From Pseudovirgaria hyperparasitica (Eukaryota), in assembly GCA_010093815.1 (NCBI GenBank), contig ML996565.1: a stretch of 64,000 nucleotides of DNA. One strand, given 5' to 3'. Both the position numbers and the translations under genes were made by a program. Under the pieces are notes generated by a model, which worked only from the letters and a program-made list of their open reading frames with translations, did no database searches and was not told the DNA's origin. Position 1 is the stretch's first letter, and every line of letters begins with the position of its first letter. Shown piece by piece: positions 13,187 to 24,061 of the stretch.

Positions 13187-14458
13187 ATGACGGCACAACT
13201 TCCGCCCAACCTCCTGGCGCTCTTCGCGCCTCGACCGCCGCTGCGCTATGCGCCTCACATGGACTACGCGCCGCAAGACCGGCACTCATCCAAAGTCACG
13301 GGCGTCGCGGGCTACCTCGAAGCCCTGAAGAACTACGACGACGGATACAAGCCCACGGAGAGCTGGCAGCAGCGCCGGGACCGCATCAAGTACGAGAAGA
13401 AGGAGAAGCACGAGAAGACGATGGCGGAGGGCAAGGACGGGTACGACCCGGCAAACGACCCGAATGTGCGCGGGGACGCCTTCAAGACGCTCTTTGTCGG
13501 ACGCATCAGCTACGATACCGAGCCGCGCGATCTGCAGAAGGAGTTTGGGCGGTTTGGGCCGATTGAGCGGATTCGCATTGTGACGGATACGCGTGCGGGT
13601 GAGAAGAAGGCGTCGCGGGTGAAGAAGAATAGGGGGTATGCTTTTATTCTGTTTGAGCGCGAGAAGGATATGAAAGGTATTGTTGCTCTCTGCCCTTAAC
13701 AAGTTATCAGAAGGTAATGAACTGACACGGGCTCTTGCCTGACTGATTTAGCGGCCTACAAAGAAACCGATGGCATACGTATCAGAGATCGACGCATACT
13801 GGTGGATGTTGAAAGAGGCCGTACAGTGAACCAGTGGAAGCCGCGTCGTCTTGGTGGAGGTCTCGGAGGCAGAGGCTATACCAAGGCGCTACCAGCCAAA
13901 CCTGCTATTGGTTTCGGCGGACCTCCGCCAGGTCCCGGCTTCCGCGGTGGGTTTGGCGGTGGCATGCGTGGTGGCCGTGGAGACTTTGGAGGTGGCTTCA
14001 GAGGAGGCCGGGGAGGCTTCCGGGGTGACCGTGGCGGTTTTGGCGATCGTGGGTTCGGTGGAGGTGATCGTGGTGGGTTTGGCGGTGGCGGAGGTCGCGG
14101 TGGTATCGGCTATCAATCCAACGGATGGGGCGCACCACCAGAAGGGGCACCATCAGGCCCAAGAGGCGGAGGCAGAGGCGGCTTTGGCGGCGGATCTGGT
14201 GGAGGCTCGAACGGCGACTACGACCGAGGCGACCGCGGCGAGCGAAGATTTGACGATAGAGGAGGCGGCTCGTACGGCGGCGGTGGTGGTAGAGACCGCG
14301 GTTCGACCGGCGCAAATCGCGAACCTCTGGGTAAGCCAGGCTTTCGAGACCGCGATGGTGGTGGTGGGTATGGCGGCGGTGGCCGAGATGATGACAGGAA
14401 ACGACGATATGACGGTGGAGACGGCTACGGCGACGACCGCAGCAAACGGAGGTTCTGA
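13187..14458 (+). CDS. SNP1: U1 snRNP 70 kDa protein
   Basis: N-terminal [18 protein letters not shown] ([19 protein letters not shown]), [23 protein letters not shown] and an RGG tail. Intron at 13677-13751. Confidence 0.95.
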
Positions 14459-15797
14459 TCCATTTACCACACACAATTCAACAACCACAGCCACAACTAC
14501 AACCACAACCACAACAAGCACAACAACGTGGAGGTAAAAAAGAGGTCATGTGGACTTTGTTTTTCCAAACAAAAAAGTATATTCGATTATCATCACATCA
14601 TTTGTTGAAAAGGGTAAGAAGAGGCAGGTTTGAGATTCCTTCCTTCTCTCCGAAACCTGAATCTTTTCGTCATCATCATCGTCATCATCATCTACCACAC
14701 TCCCAGCAAGCTCCTCGACGTCCACTACTCGTCTCATCGACTTTGGCCTCAACGATGGTAAGGAAAAGACTGGGACTTTCATCAAAGGCAAAAACTCTTT
14801 TTCCCACGGACATTATGTCCGGCCGTCCCGGGGACGTAAAGAGCAAAAGCAAGTCCAGCTCTATCTATATACATCATCTCTAATTCCGAAGGGCGATCTC
14901 TCTAAGACCAGGAACCTCGCTCGCGCCTGACCTCAACAATCGTCGGATCTTTTTTCTTTTTTATGTATTACTGCTGCATTGGCTGTTGTCAAGTAATGCC
15001 ATTCTACTTCTTTTTTTTTTGTTTTCCTTCTCTATTAGTTTTTTTTCTTCTCTCTCCCCTGTCTTCCAGGACATCCATGGGATGGGGTGGGGTGGGTGAG
15101 TATACATACCACAGTGGAGGAGGAGAAGGAGAGAAAACTACGAGGTAAAAAAAAAAAGAATTGAAAATCTCTTTTTTATCATCATTCTGTAACTTGAAGG
15201 TAAGATCATCAATGGGTAAGAGGTCTGGGAATATTCTTTGTTCTCTGGACAAATAAAAAAATCTTTATCGATAAAGTGATCTTATTTTTCCGTAAGTAGT
15301 AGTAGTTGTAGTTGTAAGCGCGCGCGCGGCGTATGTTGTTAGTAAATCGGAGCATCTTTTAAGTATGAAAGCGGTTTTTTTGGGCGGGTGAGTGAGTGGG
15401 TGTGGTGGGCATGGTATGGTGGCATGGTATGGTTTGGCATGGAAGGTGTTGTAATAGCGGTTGCTGTTGTTGCTCTTGTTGCTGTTGTATCTTGCACTTT
15501 TGCGCGGTTAGTGTTGGAAAATGAATTGCAGATGATGTACTTTAACTTGATGGTGTCTGCTTTCCTGCGTTCCAGGGGGTGATGTGCTGTGATTTTCGTT
15601 TTCGTTTCGGTGAGCTGCCAGGGTTATAGATTCATATTGCTTGTGTGTGTGTGTGCTACGGCATCTGATACATCCAGACACCCACGAAAGGGATTACTAC
15701 GACGATTACCCCCCTGCTCCCCCGTTGCCATCCCATCTACACTCCGACAAACACATACACCATCCAACCCCCTACCCTCCTCCTCCTCCTTTCCCCC

Positions 15798-16418
15798 CTA
15801 CATAACCCCACACCACCCCCTCCACCCCCCATTCCCATCCCCCTTAACCCCAACCCTCCCGCGATAAAACTCATCCCACGTCCAAAACCGCATCGCATCC
15901 GGCGCCCCACGCGCCTCCCTCCACGCCTCCCTCCCCGGAAACACACTCGGCTCAAACCTAACCTTCCACTCAAACTCGGGCCAACCGACCCCCGAGTCGC
16001 GATGCCGCTGCTCAAACTGGGTCTGGAAACGGCCTTTTTCGAGACTGACGGCGATGGTGCGCGTGTGGGGGGCGAAGGTGGAGGGGTGGAGGAGGTCGGC
16101 GTTGTAGAGGCGGCCGGGGGGGATGGCGAGGGATTCGGCGGCGTCGAGGGTGGGGAGTTTGGTTGGGTGGAGGGTTAGGTTGAGGGTTGTTGTTAGGGGG
16201 GTGGTGGGTTTGGTGGTGGTGGTGGTTTGGGGGGAGGAAGGGGTGTGGGTGTATGTGAAGGGGCAGGCGATCCAGAGGTTGAGTTCCTGGGCGAGAACGA
16301 GGCGGCCTGTGCCGTCGGGCTTGAATTGGATTGAGGTTGCGGAGACGGTGTCCCAGTGCCAGACGTCGTCGCCGGGTGGGCCGCAGAGGATGGAGGTGAT
16401 TGTTTCGACGTCGGTCAT
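15798..16418 (-). CDS. Hypothetical protein (206 aa)
   Basis: Intronless ORF with strong GC3 bias and ccaccATG context. Trp/aromatic-rich globular-looking segments (WHWD, FKPDGTG, FWTWDEFY). Confidence 0.75.
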   Translation of the reverse strand: MTDVETITSILCGPPGDDVWHWDTVSATSIQFKPDGTGRLVLAQELNLWIACPFTYTHTPSSPQTTTTTKPTTPLTTTLNLTLHPTKLPTLDAAESLAIPPGRLYNADLLHPSTFAPHTRTIAVSLEKGRFQTQFEQRHRDSGVGWPEFEWKVRFEPSVFPGREAWREARGAPDAMRFWTWDEFYRGRVGVKGDGNGGWRGWCGVM

Positions 16419-17661
16419 GGTGGTGGTGGTGGTGGTCGTCGTCGTTGTGATGCTGTTTTGTGTGTGATTTTCTTGACTACTCGTGTGGTTTTGTCTGGGT
16501 TTGTTTGTTTGTTGGATGTGGTGGAGGTTTTGGGTGGTTGTTGAAAGGAAAGAAGTGTTGTGGGCAGGAAGAAGACAGATGAGTAGGTTGCTGTTTGTGG
16601 GTAAGTGAATAATAGGCAGCCAAGTTACACACAGGGCTGGCTACGCATATGAGGTCATTCCTCTTTTGGAGATAATTATAGCTACTGGGTGTGCTCTCAT
16701 TGGTCCGTCGGGTACCTTGCATTGGCTTGACATATGCACTAAGCCTGAAGCAGTAATGGTAAGTAGACATCAAACAATATACTACGTAGTAAACCTATAA
16801 GATCTGGATATCGCCTCATCCGTGGCTGAGATCTATGGGGTTCTGTGACCAGTACACGATCCTTAAAGGTTTCCCCGGGGCTCGGTTAGCTGGCGTCTTA
16901 CCTACTACATACCATATGCCGCCCCTGCGACCGCCAATACACGGAGACTTTCCTGCACCGCAGCGTACCACAAGCACCCTGACAGCTTCCGTGCGGCTGA
17001 AGCGATTGTAGATCCATATCCATTTTCTCCCATCGTTCGAGCCCGCTTTCCCCATCCTCTCGCCCCCCCGACGTCGACGTCATTGCTGCCAAGCGCTTAT
17101 GTTTGACTAAAAAACACCATGCCAAGCCCCCGACTTCCACCTCTGCCTGCGTCTGCCAGGATTATACGATCTGCGGCACGGACGCGTCCTGACTAGCTGT
17201 AGCTGGCATGGGACATGCGGCTCAGTCGAGGAGCTTGAGCTTGCCGCCATGACATGACCCTGAGACCCTGAGCTAGTAGCAGCTTTCGTTCGTCTATTCG
17301 CCATGTAATTACTCGACTGAATATGCTTCCGTTTCAATGCGGTCGGAGGCTGTATGTTCGAATCCCAGACTTCTATTCAGAGATCATGCCAAGATGTCAA
17401 TCGCTCTTCGTGAGACTAGAATAGCATCTCCAACAGCGAGGTGTCTCGCGATATGTCGGTATTCACTTAGCGGACGCTGGTAGTCAAAGTAAAATGGTAC
17501 TTCTCCATACACTCGAGATGAGTATATAACTTCATCTCCTTCTACCTCCTCAGAATTCCTCATCAACACATCAGCAATCCAAACAGTTTACAGCAACAAC
17601 TCCCACACCAATCCACCAAAGTCCCAGTCCCACAGACCCAATCATCCAATCTTCTCCAACC

Positions 17662-18300
17662 ATGCAATTCTCCACCTCCAAACTCCTCTCCATGGGCCTC
17701 TCCCTAACCGCCCTCGCCTCCGCAGCCCCAACATCCGCCACAAACCAGCACTCCCGTGCCTCCAAGGTCATCCTCGGCTACCGCTCCGTCAGCCCGGACA
17801 TAGCAGCCAAATACAACGCCGCGGGCACCATCACCGCCGACCGCTCCGGCAACAGCGCGCAGATCGGCGAGGGCGCCTACACGGCACCCGTCCGGGGCGA
17901 CAAGCCCGGCGGCTGGCCGGGCCCCTGGAACTGCGTCGTCTTCATCGACTCGGACGCGCTGGACCGCGTGTCCAAGGCGTGGATCCCCGAGTTCAGGGAC
18001 CAGGGCGACGACGAGCGGCTGTGGTACAACAACGAGCGGATTGACGAGTACATTGACGACTTGGAGGACAGCTGGGACCCGACCAAGACGCTGCGCATGA
18101 GCGAGGTGTCCAACACCCTCAACCCGACCCAGATCCAGCTTGTCGTGCCGTTCACGCTGATCAACTCTGCCGGGGGCGCGTTGGGCCTTGAGACGTTCTG
18201 TGTTGCGCAGGCTGATATTGGTAGCTTGCCGGATGTTACTGTCAACTATGATGACTGGCAGAACAACATCAAGGGCGACAGGCACCCAAAGTCTGATTAG
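17662..18300 (+). CDS. Small secreted protein, putative ADP-ribosyltransferase-like fold (recalls fungal DUF5910)
   Basis: Signal peptide MQFSTSKLLSMGLSLTALASA, then ILGYRSV, QIGEGAYT, WNCVV, KAWIP, TLRMS and QIQLVVP. Family name is from memory and unverified. Confidence 0.8.
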   Translation: MQFSTSKLLSMGLSLTALASAAPTSATNQHSRASKVILGYRSVSPDIAAKYNAAGTITADRSGNSAQIGEGAYTAPVRGDKPGGWPGPWNCVVFIDSDALDRVSKAWIPEFRDQGDDERLWYNNERIDEYIDDLEDSWDPTKTLRMSEVSNTLNPTQIQLVVPFTLINSAGGALGLETFCVAQADIGSLPDVTVNYDDWQNNIKGDRHPKSD

Positions 18301-18329
18301 AGCGTCAGCCTGGGGATATGTACGATATG

Positions 18330-18332
<3 letters not shown>

Positions 18333-18363
<31 letters not shown>

Positions 18364-18377
18364 TGTGTGTGTGTGTG
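18333..18377. repeat. Compound (GA)n(GT)n microsatellite
   Basis: GA run immediately followed by a GT run, just downstream of the 17662 gene. Confidence 0.95.
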
Positions 18378-18793
18378 AAGAGTGTTTCTGGGTTTTTGAA
18401 TTTTGGAGTTAGCTGCGCGCGTTATGTGATGAATAGAAATGATTGACTGTTGTTATACATATTTGCTAGTGCTTTTCAATCCTAGTGATGATGGAATATG
18501 TGCTGCGGTACACCGTTTTCTTCGACTTGTGGACCTGAGTGAAGACGACTAGGTGTAACAAGAGTGTGCAAAGAAATATGGTCTATCCACATCTCATTCC
18601 CTTGCTATCCTACACTCATATATTACAATCGTGTCCCTTGGCTTCAGGCCAGAAACCCTATGACATGCCTCGTCCACTGCTGCAGTAACCTGCAACAAGA
18701 TGTCTCCGAGTGCGAAGGTGCCGCTGTCGAGAGCTACAAGCGCAAGAGTGGAGTATACAGTAGAATGATGTACAAGAAAGGTGATTCGGACAT

Positions 18794-20300
18794 TTAAGCA
18801 CCATGTTTGGAAACTATGTTCTCGAAGACTGAAGGACCAGTGGTCGGTATGATCTGTGTGACAAGACCAGTTGCGATAGTTCGGCCACCCTCGCGAACGT
18901 TGAACCGCTGTCCTTTCTCGATAGCAATCGGATGGTACAATTCGCAAACCATCTCACAGTTGTCACCAGGCATTGCCGTCTTGTGCCTGATGTCCTCAGT
19001 GCCCTCTGGCCACGAGAGATCGCATGCCTCATCAGCGGTACGGAAGTAAAGCTGTGGCCTATAGTTGCTCTTGAACCCGGTGTGACGTCCTCCTTCTTCC
19101 TTTGTAAGGACGTAGAGCGAGACAAGGAACTTCCTGTGGCCTTTGATGGATCCAGGGATGGCAATGACCATGCCACGCTTGACATCCTCACGCTTGACTC
19201 CACGAAGGAGAATACCAGAGTTGTCGCCGGCCTGAGACTCTTCGCATGACTTTCTGAAGGTCTCAATGTCCGTAACCTTGGTCTTGATAGGTGCTTCATT
19301 GTATCCAACTAGTTCAACTTCTGTATCGCGTTTGAGGATACCGCGCTCAACACGTCCAGAAGCGACAGTACCTCGTCCAGGAATGGAGAAGACGTCCTCG
19401 ACCGCCATCAGGAACGGTTTGTCCAGGTCGCGCTCAGGGGTTGGGATCCACGTATCCACGGCGGTTAAAAGCTCGTCGATCTTTTCAACGCCAATTTCCG
19501 GTCGTTTACCCTCGATAGCACATAGTGCGGAGCCCATCACGATGGGTGTGTCGTCGCCTTCAAAGCCGTAGGTGCTAAGTAGTTCTCTCATTTCCATCTC
19601 TACGAGCTCCAACATCTCCTGGTCCTCGATGACGTCGACTTTGTTGACAAACACGACGAGTCTTTGAACGCCAACCTGACGGGCTAGTAGTAGATGCTCT
19701 CTTGTCTGGGGCATTTGTCCGTCGGAAGCAGCAACCACAATGATGGATCCGTCCATACTGGCCGCACCAGTGATCATGTTCTTGATGTAATCGGCGTGAC
19801 CTGGACAGTCGACATGGGAGTAATGCCTATTCTCTGTTGCATACTCGAGATGTGCGGCGGAGATTGTGATACCACGCTTGCGCTCCTCGGGAGCCTTGTC
19901 GATGGCACCATATTCTGAGTAGTTGGCGAATCCTTTCTCTGACTGACGTTTCGTGATAGCAGCTGTGAGGGTGGTCTGTTTATGTCTTGTTAGGTTCATT
20001 CTCTTCGAGGACATAATGTAGGAGGCTGACTTTTCCATGGTCGACATGGCCAATGGTTCCTGGATCGTATTAGTATTTCGAGCCATTTCAAGGTTGCGCA
20101 GGTCGGTCGAGTGCAAGCATACCGATATTGCAGTGAGGCTTGTCACGAGAGAATTTTCCTACTGCGTATCTCCGTACGGCAGACCCGTATACAATCGAGC
20201 CCTTCGAACCAAGAGCTTGCTGGATAGGAGAGCTTGAGGAGGGCCTGACAAAGGCACAACTCGTCCGCCACGCGGCTCGCGAGAATGTGGGAATGATCAT
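18794..20300 (-). CDS. TUF1: Mitochondrial translation elongation factor Tu (3 exons)
   Basis: Presequence-like [12 protein letters not shown]..., then [41 protein letters not shown] and [10 protein letters not shown]. Confidence 0.97.
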
Positions 20301-20458
20301 TGTACAAGACGAAGGGGAAAAGAGGCGAGAGGAGAATGAATTGAGATGACAAGAGTCGCGGAAGGACACGCGAATTGACAGGCGCCGCTGGTGATGCAGA
20401 AGTCGTGAGGACAATCATTTTTTAGCGCGTCTGCAACTCCAAAGCCGCCCATGGATGA

Positions 20459-20465
20459 TCACGTG
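20459..20465. promoter_or_regulatory. TCACGTG E-box in the TUF1/EHD3 divergent promoter
   Basis: Cbf1-type bHLH motif within a 460-bp head-to-head intergenic region. Motif match only. Confidence 0.3.
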
Positions 20466-20760
20466 CAGCTATGCAAAGCTTCGAGCTAAGACCGAAAGTA
20501 ATTATGGGCGGAGAAGAGCTTCTGCCATTATTGAAGTAGAAAGTCGTGCGCCAGGTCGTCCAATTGGTTTCGTAGTCATCATTGTCTACAGACCAAACAT
20601 TACTGCTCTGTTATCTGCGACCCTGTGTCCAGCTCATACAGCCTTTGTCGCACTCGACATTCCACTCTTTTATCGACTCGTCGTGTTGCCGTGCCTTTTC
20701 ACAGGCTGACTATACCTACCTCCGCATATCCGAGGTTCCCTCCACGCTACCGAACGATAC

Positions 20761-22391
20761 ATGTCTTACGCACTCTGTCTTCGGCGAACAGCTTTACCGC
20801 TGGGACGGTATTCACGCTTCGTCTCTATACCCACACCACAATTGTCAAAGAATGCACAATCGTTAGCAATGTCTCAACAACGAACAGTAGGCCGGGCCGC
20901 GTCCATAGAGACTACAAGAGCTAAAAGAATTGCAGTTTGCGACGGATGCAGCGCTGATACGGGAACAGCCTGGGGATGAGAAGGATGATGTTCTTTTCCA
21001 GCAGACGTACTGTTTACGGACGATTGAATTGAACAGGCCGAAGAAGTTAAATTCCCTAAACGGCTCAATGGCGAGAAAGATAATCCCTCGATTGCAGGTC
21101 CGCTGCGGCACTCCGACAACAGAGCCTTGCGTGCTGATAAGCTATAGGAATGGACGAAGTCACAGATGACGAACGTTGTCCTCATCAAAGGTGCTGGTCG
21201 AGCGTTCTGCGCCGGTGGAGATGTCGCTGCGCTGGCAGAATGGAATAAGACGGGACCCTCGGGTCAGCAGGCATCCAAAGACTACTTCGCCCTCGAGTAT
21301 AAGCTGGATCATATGATCGCAACGTACCAAAAACCCTATATCGCATTCATGGATGGGATAACAATGGGTGGTGGAGTTGGACTAAGTGTCCACGCACCAT
21401 TCAGAATAGCCACAGAAAACACTTTGTTTGCCATGCCGGAAACCACAATTGGGTTCTTTCCCGATGTTGGAGCTAGCTTCTTCCTCCCACGAATGGATGG
21501 TCAACTCGGAACATATCTAGCACTGACCAGTGAGCAGCTGCAAGGCGTTGATGTCTTGTAAGTTTAAGATGTCGAGCTTCTTTTTCAAAGGCTAATCCCA
21601 TTAGCTATCACGGCATTGCCACTCATTATGTTCACTCGTCAAGTTTGCCGCAACTTGAAGCACGTCTTGGTGAGCTGAACTTCAAAGACCGCGCCACTCT
21701 GGAAATGCGTAACGACATTGTGAATGCCACGATCGAGGAATTCGCAACAAGTCTCCCGACTTCTAGGCCAAGAATATCTGGTGCCTTGAGAATGGCCATT
21801 GATAAAATCTTTGCCCATCAGACCGTAGAGGGTATTTTAGAACAGTTGAAATCACTGGCTGATTCACCAAGTACATCTAAGGAGCTACAGGAATGGGCGA
21901 AGAAAACTGTCACAACCATCGAGTCTCGTTCGCCAACTAGCGTTGCTGTTGCGCTGCACCAAATGCGCGTTGGTCGAAAATGGAACATTCGTGAGACATT
22001 CGAGCAAGAGCATAAAATCGCCTCGAAGTTCATGGACCATCCAGACTTCATTGAGGGAGTGACGGCGCGTCTTGTCCGGCGTCAAAAAGAACGACCGAAC
22101 TGGCAGCCGGCTAGCTTTGATCAGGTCACCAGTGATCAAATTAAACAGTTCTTCAAGCCACCATCGCCATCCGAGCGTCTTATCCTTCCAAATGAAGATG
22201 AAGAATTGGATTACAAGGAATATCCTCATCGCAAATTCGGGCTTCCCACTGAGGAAATCATTGAATCTATGGTGCAGCAAGATAAACTGGATGAGCTGTT
22301 GCGATCAACAGGCGGCAAGCAAGGAGTCAAAGAGAAGGTTGGGGAGTACCTAGAGCGTGTTGGCTTGATTGAGCCAGGCGCGCGATTGTAA
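20761..22391 (+). CDS. EHD3: 3-hydroxyisobutyryl-CoA hydrolase, mitochondrial (4 exons)
   Basis: Arg/Ser/Leu-rich presequence exon 20761-20886 and intron 20887-20935. Motifs LNRPKKLNSL, AFCAGGDV, GITMGGGVG, AMPETTIGFFPDVG and DFIEGVTA. Confidence 0.93.
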
Positions 22392-22829
22392 TCATAGTGA
22401 GCAAGTTATAGATGACCCCGTATATTAGCATCAATGCCAATGCCAACAATGGCTCTACTGAGAGGCTAGCGTTTGTGAGATCATATTCATAGATGTGAAA
22501 GGCCTCAACAGTGGTGTGAGCATAATGGGAGCGATCTGGCTGGGTGTGTCCAGTATGAGTACTGTAATGGTCTCTCTGTTGTTTGATATCCACCATCACG
22601 TATCACCCCCACCCAAGTCCCCCACTATGATCCAACTTGACGCTTCCTTCACCAGGTCGAGTATAGCGCAAGACCCTGATAGGTCATTTAATTAGAGGCG
22701 CTCGGACCTTCTCCGAGTGTATTCCTAGCAAGTTTCATCTGCCGTCAAAACACTCTTGTCGACCTTCCACTCCTCTCTCACCTCCAATTGCATATCATAC
22801 TAAATACTACTGTCCTCCAAGCACTCACA

Positions 22830-23951
22830 ATGACCCACGACGAACAGGCCCCCACTACACCAAATCCCCAACGTTCCCAGCGTCCGCAACGTCCACGCCA
22901 TCATGTCCGCACACCAACCTACCCACTCGCTCATGCTCAACGCCGGAAACCCCGCCGCCTCCCTCTCGTCCTACGCCTCTCCTCCGGCAGCGTGCACGCC
23001 TCCATCCTCCTCCCCGTCCTCGTGCACTCCATCTTCACCTCCATAATCGTCTTCATCGACCAGCGCGTCAACAATCTCGGCCTGCCTAGCACCATCGTAC
23101 CCAGCCTCAGCATTGTCGTCGGGCTGATGCTCGTGTTCCGCAATGGAACCTCATACGATCGTTTCTGGTCCGGCCGGAACCACCTGAGTACGTGTGGCAC
23201 AAGCGTGCGGAACCTGACGCGCAGCATCCTCACGTGTGCGCGTGGGAAGGGAGGCGTGGATATCAGCGAGGAGGAGAGGCATGACACGGAGCGTGTTGTG
23301 CGGATCCTAATTGCGGTGCTGTATGCGATCAAGCATAATCTGCGACACGAGTGGAGCGTTACTCAGTACCGGGACCAGGTCGATGGCGATACAAGTGGGC
23401 GGAGATCGAGCTTGCATCCTGCTGGGGAGATGTTGAATGAGCCAGAGTACAAGAGCCTGCTGCCGCCACGTATGGTGGGCTTCGAAGACGAGGGCCTCTG
23501 TCTACCCCTGCAGCTGCTTGTCATAGTCGAAGGCTTTATCAAGCGTGGACATGACCGCGGTTGGTTTCATGCGCCACAGGCATCGCAGCTCACGGTGCAG
23601 ATCAACACGCTTGTGGATGCGTATAGCAAGATGGAGACGATCCGCACTACGCCCCTACCGGTTGCGCATTTGATACATCAGAAGCAGGTACTTGCACTAT
23701 ATACGCTCGCGCTACCATTTGCGATAGTGGACAACTATGGATGGTATTCAATACCGATTGTTGCGTTGGTTGCATTTACGTTATACGGAATTGACGGAAT
23801 TGGAAGACAGCTTGAGGATCCGTTCGGGTATGACCGGAACGATATCAAGATGGATGGCATCGTCGAGGACTGGAGGGTGGAGTGTATGGTCATGCTGGAG
23901 CAGTGGAAGAGGGGTGGCATGATGTTCAGTCTGGGATTCGAGATGCTCTAA
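22830..23951 (+). CDS. Bestrophin-like/UPF0187 (YneE-type) membrane channel
   Basis: Motifs LMLVFRNGTSYDRFWSGR, ETIRTTPLP and GRQLEDPFGYDRNDI, plus hydrophobic helices. First ATG at 22830. Confidence 0.9.
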   Translation: MTHDEQAPTTPNPQRSQRPQRPRHHVRTPTYPLAHAQRRKPRRLPLVLRLSSGSVHASILLPVLVHSIFTSIIVFIDQRVNNLGLPSTIVPSLSIVVGLMLVFRNGTSYDRFWSGRNHLSTCGTSVRNLTRSILTCARGKGGVDISEEERHDTERVVRILIAVLYAIKHNLRHEWSVTQYRDQVDGDTSGRRSSLHPAGEMLNEPEYKSLLPPRMVGFEDEGLCLPLQLLVIVEGFIKRGHDRGWFHAPQASQLTVQINTLVDAYSKMETIRTTPLPVAHLIHQKQVLALYTLALPFAIVDNYGWYSIPIVALVAFTLYGIDGIGRQLEDPFGYDRNDIKMDGIVEDWRVECMVMLEQWKRGGMMFSLGFEML

Positions 23952-24061
23952 GCCTCGTTTTCCTCTCTTTCTGTCATCTCCGGCTGGCGCACTTGTATCA
24001 ATTTTCTACCTGTAGTTCAGCGAAATACCCACTCCTTTTCTGCTCCTACTGCACAACAGCA

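Noticed and set aside
14940..15390. Poly-T/poly-A rich tract as a possible element end or RIP relic
   Set aside because: Looks like a low-complexity terminator/UTR region between convergent genes, with no terminal repeats or coding remnants.
17340..17375. gttcgaatcc, resembling a tRNA T-loop/B-box
   Set aside because: The flanking bases do not form a T-stem, and no acceptor or anticodon stems could be built.
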